DNA of 64,000 nt from Mobula hypostoma (taxonomy: Eukaryota). Location: NCBI RefSeq assembly GCF_963921235.1, contig NC_086108.1, positions 113,400,001-113,464,000 on the forward strand, given 5' to 3'. Position numbers and translations under genes: made by a program. The notes beneath the pieces are model-generated. The model did not search any database and was not told where the DNA came from. It saw nothing but the letters and a program-made list of their open reading frames with translations. Below, one piece after another: positions 39,240-51,499 of the stretch. The number at the start of each line of letters is the position of its first letter. The stretch's first letter is position 1.

Positions 39240-40400
39240 GTAAAGCGGTGTGCGAAGCGCTGCGCTATCGTCCTGCTACAATGTCCTCCATGCCCGGAAC
39301 AGCCTCCGATGACCCTGTGATTTCAGTCTGTGAGAGCGTCCCTCAGCAGGGTGAACCCAACCCGGACGGGATACCTGGCCGAGGGCGCCGAAGACTTGCG
39401 CTCATCAACTGGTCGGCGTGTTCACTGATATCGGTAACGTCGCGCTTGCTTCCGTCCGAGGTACAGTATCCACCTGCTTCCAGCAGGCTTCAGATTTATT
39501 TATCACGTGTACATGGAAACAGTGAACTGTGTCGTTTGCGTTAACAGCCCGCAAGCGTCGCCAGTCGCCACACATGCCGGCGACACTCTCACAAAGCTCA
39601 GCAGAGCATTGCTCAACAAGTCGCCCGCGATCCCTTGGACGAGGAACAGGCTGGAAGGGCGCAACGGCCTGGCTGGCGAGCGGCTGGGGGTGTTTCATGA
39701 TAAGAGCGGGGAGGTCACTGCCGGATTCCCGGGAGGCCGCATCTGCGGTCAATTACGTGCGAGGCTTTCGTCTCACGTCCGAAGCTCTTCGCCCATTCCC
39801 ACAGATGTTCAGCAGTTGTAGCGGGCACAGCCGGCGGCTGCGCATAGAGCACTACAGCCCTTCGGCCAGCGATGTGCTGCTGGCCCATTCTAACCCTACC
39901 CTCCCTCCACTTATCTTCCATCCTTGTGCTTATCTAACGTCGCTAATGCTTCTATCTCCACCACCAACATCCCGTGGAACCAGAGGGACGAGTTCGCGGG
40001 CAATTAAACGCGGGAATGGAACAGGGTAAATAAATCTGTTTCTGAGCGCGGACTATTTAAGCTTACTGAATGATAGCGAGAGCCAGCGCTCAACAGATGT
40101 ACAAACAAAGGCCACGCTGTTGTTTATAAACAGCACGGCCAGGAACCATTTCTGAATTCCGGAGGCTGATAGCAATAAACCCCCCACCACCCTCTCTGTC
40201 CTGAACTCTCAGCGGGATCCTCTGGTGTAAGCTGCCGGTGAGATCTCCCTCCCTCCCGAGCCGGTGACCGTCTAATTCCCGTTTCCCAGTGGAGTCCGCT
40301 TGTCCTGGAGACAACTCAGTCCTGATGTCCCAAATCCAACTCACTCGTTAACCCTTCAGGAGCCAGCGGGTCAACACCAGCATTGTGGGGTCCAAGCCCA
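39240..40400. promoter_or_regulatory. CpG-rich, largely non-repetitive region; candidate enhancer or alternative promoter
   Basis: CpG density is visibly higher than in the flanks. Motif cluster at 40090-40180: CAGATG, ACAAACAAAG, palindromic TGTTTATAAACA, TGATAG. Confidence 0.4.
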
Positions 40401-40789
40401 ATGACATCTACATACCTACACTCCAGGGACTGGGGATTCCTTTCAATAGCCACATTTCAGAGTGGATTTTTATAAAGGATTGGAACGTGAAGGTGTTGGA
40501 ATTGAAAGTGTTAAAGATGGCTGAGAGGTGACACTGGCCATGTGGAATGGGAAGTGTATTTTTCACAGGGTTCCTGTTTACACAATAAACATCCATTTCT
40601 TTACAATAGATCTCCCTCTGCCCCACCACCACCTCTCTCTTTGTCTGTCTCTGTCTGTCTGTCTCTCTCTCTCTTCCCCCCCCCCCCAAATTTGGGCCAC
40701 CGGTACCATCTTGGGGGAATAATTCTTATAGTGATTTTTGGCAAGGTATACACCCCTAGTGCTAGAAAGTATGTGATAGCATTGCAGCG

Positions 40790-41523
40790 GTGGTGGCTGT
40801 GACATGTGGTCAACGTAAACCACCAAAGCACCTTCTACTTCCTTATGCAGTAAGGGTAACCCTGACGGGTGACACGGAGCTCATGCAAACACTGAACAGG
40901 CTTGGGCATGCGGTGTCTTACTCCCAACTTGAAGAGAACGGTGCTGCTCTGTGTCTCCAAAAGCTAGAAACAGCCTCCAACCAGAGAGTTGTGCTTCCAG
41001 CCTCCATCAAGCCTCATGTCTTCACCAATCTTGCATGGGACAATATCAATAGACTTGAGGAAACTCTCACTGGAAAGGGAACATCACATAGAGTCAGTGG
41101 CATAGTGGTACAGGCCAAAGTCTATAGACCACATCTGCCAAGAGCTGAGCTTCCACACATTGAGAAACTGAAACAGCGATCAGTCACCATTGAGGACCAA
41201 GAACTGGAAGTACATGTAGCAGGTACACATGTGGGCTCAACCAGGGAACACTGTGTCCAGGAAACCAAGGAACCTGCTCTTCTTGCCTGCAAGAAGAACC
41301 AGGTGTGGACACTTGCAAGGAAAACGATCCAGAGCATCAGACAATCCCAAGCTGGACTGGTTTTAATATCAGCATCAAGGACCAAGAACCAATCTCACAA
41401 GATATTGTTGGGTATCTGCCAACCATCAATTCACCAGTCACAGAGTTGACCACAGTATTTGAAATCCTGAATCAATCAAAGCTAATCAGGAAGGAACTTC
41501 ATCTAGAAACAATTGTGGTAGTC
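40790..41523 (+). mobile_element. DNA transposase remnant, probably Academ superfamily; frameshift near 41330
   Basis: PKHLLLP..TLNRLGHAVSYSQLEE..AWDNINRLEETLTGKGTSHRVSGIVVQ, then in a second frame PSWTGFN..VGYLPTINSPVTELTTVFEIL..IVVV. The motif order matches Academ-type transposases as I recall them. Confidence 0.65.
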
Positions 41524-42173
41524 TCCCCCAACTCCCCCCATCTGCTAGCTGCTCACCCTGCACTCTGGGTTGAATCCCTCCACCCCTGGCAGTTAATTAT
41601 CTCTAGGAACCATGCTGACCAGGTCAATCCAGTGCCAGAGTGTGGAACAAACTGCCACCCTAGTTAACAGCAGGAATACGGTTTGCCAACTCAAGGACCA
41701 GTTTCACCTAGTGTCTAATAAAAATCACAAGGGGTTCTGCAGGTGCTGGAAATCCAGATAAACTCACACAAAATGCTGGAGGAACTCAGCAGCTATGGAA
41801 ATTAATAAACATTGGACATTTCAGGCAGAGACCCTTCATCAGGATGTGGGAGCACAGGGGGAAACACATGTGGTCACAGCGAGAACATCCAAACCCCACA
41901 CAGACAGCACCAGAGGTGAGGATCTTTGGAGCAAGAGCACACAGTGTTTGGAGAGTGAAGAGGGTAGCCAACAGCAAGGTGTGCCAGACCAGAAACTTCA
42001 GCCGTGCCCCTCTCCCTCTGCAGACGCTGCACAACCCGCTGTGTGTTTCCAGATTTCTAACATCTCTTATTCCTCTGTGAGACCCATTTCCTGGTCAACA
42101 GTTGGTTGGTGACTAGACAGCCCTTCATCCGGTTCCTGTTTGTGAGTCCACAGACAAAACATTCTTTCCCTCT

Positions 42174-42377
42174 GCAACACACACAAAATGCTGGAGGAAC
42201 TCAGCAGACCAGGCAGCATCTATGGAAAAGAGTAAACAGTCAACGTTTCGGGCTGAGACCCTTCATCAGGACTGGACTTTTTTCCATAGAGGCTGCCTGG
42301 CCTGCTGAGTTCCTCCAACAATTTGTGTGTGAGGTGTTTCTCTGCATTTCCAGCATCGGTAGAATCTCACATTTAAG
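42174..42377. mobile_element. 204-bp fold-back Penelope-terminal-repeat element with 13-bp TSD (one mismatch)
   Basis: Inverted arms at ~42178-42229 and ~42280-42331. TSD ATTCTTTCCCTCT (42161-42173) and ATTCTCTCCCTCT (42378-42390). Confidence 0.85.
42237..42274 (-). ncRNA. Minimal hammerhead ribozyme motif (GUU triplet)
   Basis: Minus strand CAGTC-CTGATGA-A-GGGTCTCAGCCC-GAAA-CG-TT^GACTG, with a 5-bp stem I. Confidence 0.7.
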
Positions 42378-42429
42378 ATTCTCTCCCTCTAACAGCTGCT
42401 GTTGATTACACTGACTCGCTCCAGTAAAC

Positions 42430-45400
42430 AAACACAACTCTCTGTCACACACACAGTCTCTCTGTCACACACACAATCTCTGTCACACAAACACAGTCTC
42501 TCTGTCACACACAGTCTGTCTGTCACAAGCACAGTTTCTCTGTCACACACAGTCTCTCCATCACACCCACAGTCTCTATCACACACACAGACTCTCTGTC
42601 ACACGCACACTCTCCGTCACAGGCACACTCTCCGTCACAGGCACACTCTCCATCACACGCAGTCTCTGTCACACACACAGTCTCTCTATCACACACAGTG
42701 TCTCTGTCACACACACAGTCCCCCTGTCACACACACAGTCTCCCTGTCACACACACAAACTCTGTCACACACACACAGTCTCTCTATCACGCACACAGAA
42801 TCTCTCTCACACACACACAATCTCTCTGTCACACACACAGTCTCTGTGTCACACGCACAATCTCTCTGTCATACACACAGTCTCTCTGTCACACACACAG
42901 TCTCTCTGTCACACACAGTGTCTCTGTCACACACAGTGTCTCTGTCACACACACAATCTCTCTATCACACAAGGTCACTCTGTCACACACACAGACTCTC
43001 TGTCACATGAACACTCTCCGTCACACGCAGTCTCTGTCACACACACAGTCTATCACACACAGTCTCCCTGTCACACACACAAACTCTGTCACACACACAC
43101 AGTCTCTCTATCACGCACACAGAATCTCTCTCACACACACACAATCTCTCTGTCAGACACACAGTCTCTGTGTCACACGCACAATCTCTCTGTCACACAC
43201 ACAGTCTATCACACACAGTGTCTGTCACACACCCAGAATCTCTCTCACAGTCTCTCTATCACACACAGTGTCTCTGTCACACACAGTCTCTCTGTCACAC
43301 ACAGTCTCTCTGTCACACACACAGTCTCTCTGTCACACATACAGTCTCTGCCACACACACAGACTCTCTGTCATACGCACACTCTCCGTCACACGCAGTC
43401 TCTGTCACACACACAATCTCACTGTCATACATGCAATCTCACTGTCACACACACGGTCTCTCTGTCACACACAGTCTCTCTGTCACACATACAGTCTCTG
43501 CCACACACACAGACTCTCTGTCACATGCACACTCTCTGTCACACGCACACTCTCCGTCACACGCAGTTTCTGTCACACACACAATCTCACTGTCATACAT
43601 GCAATCTCACTGTCACACACACTGTCTCACTGTCACACACACTGTCTCTCTGTCACACACACAGACTCTGTCACACACAGTCCCTCTGTCACACACAGTC
43701 TCCCTGTCACACACACAAACTCTGTCACACACACAGTCTCTCTATCACACATACACAGTCTCTCTATCACGCACACAGAATCTCTCTCACACACACAAAG
43801 AATCTCTCTCACACACACACAATCTCTCTGTCACACACACATTCTCTCTGTCACACACACAGTCTCTCCGTCACACACACAGTGTCTCTCTGTCACACAC
43901 ACAGTCTCTCGGTCACACACACAGACTCTGTCACTCACACAGATTCTCCGTCACACACACACAGTCTCTCTGTCACACAGTCTCTATCACACACAGTTTG
44001 TCACACATATTCACTCTGTCACACACAGTTTCTGTCACACACACAGTCTCTCCGTCACACACACATAATCTCCGTCACACACACACTGTCTCTCTGTCAC
44101 ACGCACAGTCTTTATCATGCTGTCTCTCCATCACATGCGCAGTCTCTCAGTCACACACACAGCCTATCCATCACGTGCACAGTCTCTGTCACACGCACAC
44201 TCTCCGTCACGCACAGTCTCTGTCACACGCACAGTCTCTGTCACACGCACAGTCTCTGTCACACGCACAGTCTCTCTGTCACACATGCAGTCTTTATCAT
44301 GCTGTCTCTCCGTCACATGCACAGTCTCTGTCACACACACAGCCTATCCGTCACGCGCACAGTCTCTGTCACACGCACACTCTCCGTCACACACATTCTC
44401 TGTCACACACACAGTCTCTCCGTCACACTGTCTGTCACACACAGAGTCTCTCTATCACACACCATCTCTCCGTCACACGCGCAGTCTCTCCGTTACACAC
44501 AGTCTGTCACATGCAGTCTCTTTGTCACACGCGCAGTCTCTCCGTCACACACACAGTCTCTCAGTCACACGCACAGTCTATCCGTCACCTGCACAGTATC
44601 TGTCGCATGCACACTCTTCGTCACACACACACTGTCCATCACACACAGTCTGTCACACACGCAGTCTCTGTCACACACACAGTCTCTCTGTCATAAGCAC
44701 AGTCTCTGTCACACACAGTGTCTCTGTCACACACACAGTCTCTCTATCACACAAGGTCACTCTGTCACACACACAGACTCTCTGTCACATGAACACTCTC
44801 CGTCACAGGCACACTCTCCGTCACACGCAGTCTCTGTCACACACACAGTCTCTCTATCACACACAGTCCCTCTGTCACACACACAGTCTCCCTGTCACAC
44901 ACACAAACTCTGTCACACACACACAGTCTCTCTATCACGCACACAGAATCTCTCTCACACACACACAATCTCTCTGTCAGACACACAGTCTCTGTGTCAC
45001 ACACACAGTCTCTCTGTCACACACAGTCTATCACACACAGTGTCTCTGTCACACACCCAGAATCTCTCTCACACACAGTCTCTCTATCACACACAGTGTC
45101 TCTGTCACACACAGTCTCTCTGTCACACACAGTCTCTCTGTCACACACACAGTCTCTCTGTCACACATACAGTCTCTGCCACACACACAGACTCTCTGTC
45201 ACACGCACACTCTCCGTCACACGCAGTCTCTGTCACACACACAATCTCACTGTCATACATGCAATCTCACTGTCACACACACGGTCTCTCTGTCACACAC
45301 AGTCTCTCTGTCACACATACAGTCTCTGCCACACACACAGACTCTCTGTCACACGCACACTCTCTGTCACACGCACACTCTCCGTCACACGCAGTCTCTG

Positions 45401-48400
45401 TCACACACACAATCTCACTGTCATACATGCAATCTCACTGTCACACACACTGTCTCACTGTCACACACACTGTCTCTCTGTCACACACACAGACTCTGTC
45501 ACACACAGTCCCTCTGTCACACACAGTCTCCCTGTCACACACAGTCTCCCTGTCACACACACAGTCTCTCTATCACACATACACAGTCTCTCTATCATGC
45601 ACACAGAATCTCTCTCACACACACAAAGAATCTCTCTCACACACACACAATCTCTCTGTCACACACACATTCTCTCTGTCACACACACATTCTCTCTGTC
45701 ACACACACAGTCTCTCCGTCACACACACAGTGTCTCTCTGTCACACACAGTCTCTCTGTCACACACACAGTCTCTCTGTCTCACACACATGGTCTCCGTC
45801 ACACACACAGTCTCTCGGTCACACACACAGACTCTGTCACTCACACAGATTCTCCGTCACACACACACAGTCTCTCTGTCACACAGTCTCTATCACACAC
45901 AGTTTGTCACACATATTCACTCTGTCACACACAGTTTCTGTCACACACACAGTCTCTCCGTCACACACACATAATCTCCGTCACACACACACTGTCTCTC
46001 TGTCACATGCACAGTCTTTATCATGCTGTCTCTCCATCACATGCGCAGTCTCTCAGTCACACACACAGCCTATCCATCACGTGCACAGTCTCTGTCACAC
46101 GCACACTCTCCGTCACACGCACAGTCTCTCTGTCACACATGCAGTCTTTATCATGCTGTCTCTCCGTCACATGCACAGTCTCTGTTACACACACAGCCTA
46201 TCCGTCACACGCACAGTCTCTGTCACACGCACACTCTCCGTCACACACATTCTCTGTCACACACACAGTCTCTCCGTCACACTGTCTGTCACACACAGAG
46301 TCTCTCTATCACACACCATCTCTCCGTCACACGCGCAGTCTCTCCGTTACACACAGTCTGTCACATGCAGTCTCTTTGTCACACGCGCAGTCTCTCCGTC
46401 ACACACACAGTCTCTCAGTCACACGCACAGTCTATCCGTCACCTGCACAGTATCTGTCGCATGCACACTCTTCGTCACACACACACTGTCCATCACACAC
46501 AGTCTGTCACACACGCAGTCTCTGTCACACACACAGTCTCTCTGTCATAAGCACAGTCTCTGTCACACACAGTGTCTCTGTCACACACACAGTCTCTCTA
46601 TCACACAAGGTCACTCTGTCACACACACAGACTCTCTGTCACATGAACACTCTCCGTCACAGGCACACTCTCCGTCACACGCAGTCTCTGTCACACACAC
46701 AGTCTCTCTATCACACACAGTCCCTCTGTCACACACACAGTCTCCCTGTCACACACACAAACTCTGTCACACACACACAATCTCTCTATCACGCACACAG
46801 AATCTCTCTCACACACACACAATCTCTCTGTCAGACACACAGTCTCTGTCACACACACAGTCTCTCTGTCACACACACAGTCTATCACACACAGTGTCTC
46901 TGTCACACACCCAGAATCTCTCTCACACACAGTCTCTCTATCACACACAGTGTCTCTGTCACACACAGTGTCTCTGTCACACACAGTCTCTCTGTCACAC
47001 ACAGTCTCTCTGTCACACACACAGTCTCTCTGTCACACATACAGTCTCTGCCACACACACAGACTCTCTGTCACACGCACACTCTCCGTCACACGCAGTC
47101 TCTGTCACACACACAATCTCACTGTCATACATGCAATCTCACTGTCACACACACGGTCTCTCTGTCACACACAGTCTCTCTGTCACACATACAGTCTCTG
47201 CCACACACACAGACTCTCTGTCACACGCACACTCTCTGTCACATGCACACTCTCCGTCACACGCAGTCTCTGTCACACACACAATCTCACTGTCATACAT
47301 GCAATCTCACTGTCACACACACTGTCTCACTGTCACACACACTGTCTCACTGTCACACACACTGTCTCTCTGTCACACACACAGTCTGTGTGTCACACAC
47401 AGTCCCTCTGTCACACAGTCTCCCTGTCACACACACAAACTCTGTCACACACACAGTCTCTCTATCACACATACACAGTCTCTCTATCACGCACACAGAA
47501 TCTCTCTCACACACACAAAGAATCTCTCTCACACACACACAATCTCTCTGTCACACACACATTCTCTCTGTCACACACACAGTCTCTCCGTCACACACAC
47601 AGTGTCTCTCCGTCACACACAGTTTCCCTGTCACACACAGTCTCTCTGTCACACACACAGTCTCTCTGTCTCACACACATGGTCTCCGTCACACACAGAC
47701 TCGCTGTCACACACACAGTCTCTCGGTCACACACACAGACTCTGTCACTCACACAGATTCTCCGTCACACACACACAGTCTCTCTGTCACACAGTCTCTA
47801 TCACACACAGTTTGTCACACATATTCACTCTGTCACACACAGTTTCTGTCACACACACATAATCTCCGTCACACACACACTGTCTCTCTGTCACACGCAG
47901 AGTCTTTATCATGCTGTCTCTCCATCACATGCGCAGTCTCTCAGTCACACACACAGCCTATCCATCACATGCACAGTCTCTGTCACACGCACACTCTCCA
48001 TCACACACATTCTCTGTCACACGCACAGTCTCTGTCACACGCACAGTCTCTCTGTCACACATGCAGTCTTTATCATGCTGTCTCTCCGTCACATGCACAG
48101 TCTCTGTCACACACACAGCCTATCCGTCACGCGCACAGTCTCTGTCACACGCACACTCTCTGTCACACACATTCTCTGTCACACACACAGTCTCTCCGTC
48201 ACAGTCTGTCACACACAGAGTCTCTCTATCACACACCATCTCTCCGTCACACGCGCAGTCTCTCCGTTACACACAATCTGTCACATGCAGTCTCTTTGTC
48301 ACACGCGCAGTCTCTCCGTCACACACAATCTGTCACATGCAGTCTCTTTGTCACACGCGCAGTCTCTCCGTCACACACACAGTCTCTCAGTCACACGCAC

Positions 48401-50499
48401 AGTCTATCCGTCACCTGCACAGTCTCTGTCGCATGCACACTCTTCGTCACACACACACTGTCCATCACACACAGTCTGTCACACACGCAGTCTCTGTCAC
48501 ACACACAGTCTCTCTGTCATAAGCACAGTCTCTGTCACACATAGAGTTCCGTCACACACACACAGACTCTCTGTCACATACACAGTGTCTCTGTCACACG
48601 CAGTCTCTGTCACACGCAGTCTCTCCATCACACGCACAGTCTCTCTACCACACACAGTCTCTGTCACACACACATACACAGTCTGCCCCCTCTCACACAC
48701 ACATACTCAGTCTCCCCCTCACACACATACACAGTCACCCCTCTCTCTCTCACACATACAGTCTCTCCCGTCTCACACACATACACAGTCTCCCCTCTCT
48801 CTTTCACACACATATACAGTCTCCCCTCTCTCACACACATACACAGTCTCCCCTCTCTCACACACATACAGTCTCCCCTCTCTCTCACACACATACACAG
48901 ACTCCCCCTCTCTCACACACGTACACAGTCTCCTCCCTCCCTCACACACAGTCTCCCCACTCTCACACACACATACACAGTCTCTCCCCTCTCTCACACA
49001 CACAGTCTCCCCCTCTCACACACACATACACAGTCTCCCCCTCTCTTTCACATACATATACAGTCTTTCTCTCTCACACACATACACAGTCTCCCCCTCT
49101 CTCTCACACACATACACAGTCTCCCCCTCTCACACACACACATACACAGTCTCCCCCTCTCTCATACACACATACAGTCTCCCCCTCTCTCACACACATA
49201 CGGTCTCCCCCTCTCTCACACACATGTACAGTCTCCCCATCTCTCTCACACACATACACAGTCTCCCCCTCTCTCTCACACACACATACAGTCTCCCCCT
49301 CTCTTTCACATACATATACAGTCTCTCTCTCTCTCACACACACACACGTACAGTCTCCCCATCTCTCTCACACACATATACAGTCTCTCTCTCTCTCACA
49401 CACACACGTACAGTCTCCCCATCTCTCTCACACACATACACAGTCTCCCCCTCTCTCTCACACACACATACAGTCTCCCCCTCTCTTTCACATACATATA
49501 CAGTCTCTCTCTCTCTCACACACACACACACGTACAGTCTCCCCATCTCTCTCACACACATATACAGTCTCTCTCTCTCTCACACACACACGTACAGTCT
49601 CCCCATCTCTCTCACACACATATACAGTCTCTCTCTCTCTCACACACACACGTACAGTCTCCCCATCTCTCTCACACACATACACAGTCTCCCCCTCTCT
49701 CTCACACACACATACAGTCTCCCCCTCTCTTTCACACACATATACAGTCTCTCTCTCTCTCACACACACACACACAGTCTCCCCCTCTCTCATACACACA
49801 TAGTCTCCCCCTCTCTCATACACACGTACAGTCTCCCCATCTCTCACACACACATACAGTCTCCCCCTCTCTTTCACATACATATACAGTCTCTCTCTCT
49901 CTCACACACACACACACGTACAGTCTCCCCATCTCTCACATACATATACAGTCTCTCTCTCTCTCACACACACACACACGTACAGTCTCCCCATCTCTCT
50001 CACACACATACACAGTCTCCCCCTCTCTCACACACACACGTACAGTCTCCCCATCTCTCTCACACACATACACAGTCTCCCCCTCTCTCTCACACACACA
50101 TACAGTCTCCCCCTCTCTCTCACACACATACACAGTCTCCCCCTCTCTCTCACACACATACACAGTCTCCCCCTCTCTCTCACACACATACACAGTCTCC
50201 CCCTCTCTCTCACACACATACACAGTCTCCCCCTCTCTCTCACACACATACACAGTCTCCCCCTCTCTCTCACACACATACACAGTCTCCCCCTCTCTCT
50301 CACACACATACACAGTCTCCCCCTCTCTCTCACACACATACACAGTCTCCCCCTCTCTCTCACACACATACACAGTCTCCCCCTCTCTCATACACACATA
50401 CACAGTCTCCCCATCTCTCTCACACACATACACAGTCTCCCCCTCTCTCACACACATGTACAGTCTCCCCATCTCTCTCACACACACACACACGTACAG

Positions 50500-50532
<33 letters not shown>
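42430..50532. repeat. ~8-kb compound (CA)n/(CT)n satellite: ~18-20-bp units with ~1.8-2.0-kb higher-order repeats, grading into a 30-bp unit
   Basis: Rare variants recur: ACAAGGTCAC at ~42970, 44751, 46606 and ATAAGCAC at ~44693, 46548, 48519. A perfect 30-bp array lies at ~50120-50390. Confidence 0.95.
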
Positions 50533-50533
<1 letters not shown>

Positions 50534-50569
50534 TTACAGTCCAGTCGATTCAAGAACTGTACAGTATTG

Positions 50570-51300
50570 CAATCCGGCCAATCCCGGACCAGTGCACTTC
50601 TCGGACCTCCAACTGTGGGCTGCGACTCTCTCCGGGGAGCGTAGGCTGTGTGTCCGAGACGGAATCCCAACCACAGACAGAACGAGAACGTGTAGGGGAA
50701 TCCCGGCACGTTAGGCAGAGCCTGAGTCAAAAGCACCTACCCGCCGTCGTAAGGGTTAAACTTGCTTAAAAACCAAACACAAAACAGGCGACTTGGATAG
50801 CTTAAGGAAATGACTCCGGCAGAGGTTCCAACTGGTTCGGCGGCGTTTCAGCGCCGTGACTGACTGAACTTACCTTCTCGCGGGCGGAGAGACGAATCTA
50901 GCCCCCGGCCTTTGGGTTCCTAAATGCATTTGTCTGCATCTGCCCAGCCAGCGAAACTCCGAAGCGAAATCAGAAATCGCCAGCGATGCTGATTCATCGA
51001 ACTCCGTCCCGGGCGAGCGAGGGGGCGAGGCAGAGGGCAGGTCCGCAGCCCGTGTCTCTGTCTGTGTCTGTGTCTGTGTGTGTGTGTGTGTGTGGGGCTG
51101 TCCGCACTCACGTGTCGGCCGGCATCGCTGACCCAGTCTCCCACACTCCCCTGCCCTCCTCCCTCTCTCACCCTGCCTCCCCCCCGAACTCGAACACCAC
51201 ACACGAGCTCGCAATCCAAACTCTCACACGCACCACTCTCTCTCTGTGATAATCTCACAGTCTCGCTCCTCTCTCTCGTACACGTACACGCCAGAGTATC
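50570..51300 (-). promoter_or_regulatory. CpG island; probable promoter and first exon of an unidentified minus-strand gene
   Basis: GC- and CpG-rich unique sequence. A consensus donor AAG|GTAAGT lies on the minus strand (last exon base 50874), with GC-box-like elements and a CACGTG at ~51109. Confidence 0.6.
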
Positions 51301-51499
51301 TCTCTGTCACACACTTTGTCTCTTCCGTCGCTTTGTGGCACCCACACTCACACTGTCTCTGTGACACACTGATACACTCACACAGACACCAATGTGTCTC
51401 CCTGCCACACACTCTCAAAGTCAAGCTCATACAGTCTCTATCCCCCACATCCTCATTGCCTCTCTGACACTCTGCTCCCAGGGTCCCGGGCTCTCTATA

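Noticed and set aside
40607..41717. Possible TAG...CTA termini for the Academ-like remnant
   Set aside because: Only 4 bp of inverted match (TAGA/TCTA) and no matching TSD.
42402..50736. His/Thr/Ser-rich ORFs of 1200-1475 aa
   Set aside because: CA/CT satellite sequence rarely produces stop codons. All three plus frames are open, with no domain or splice support.
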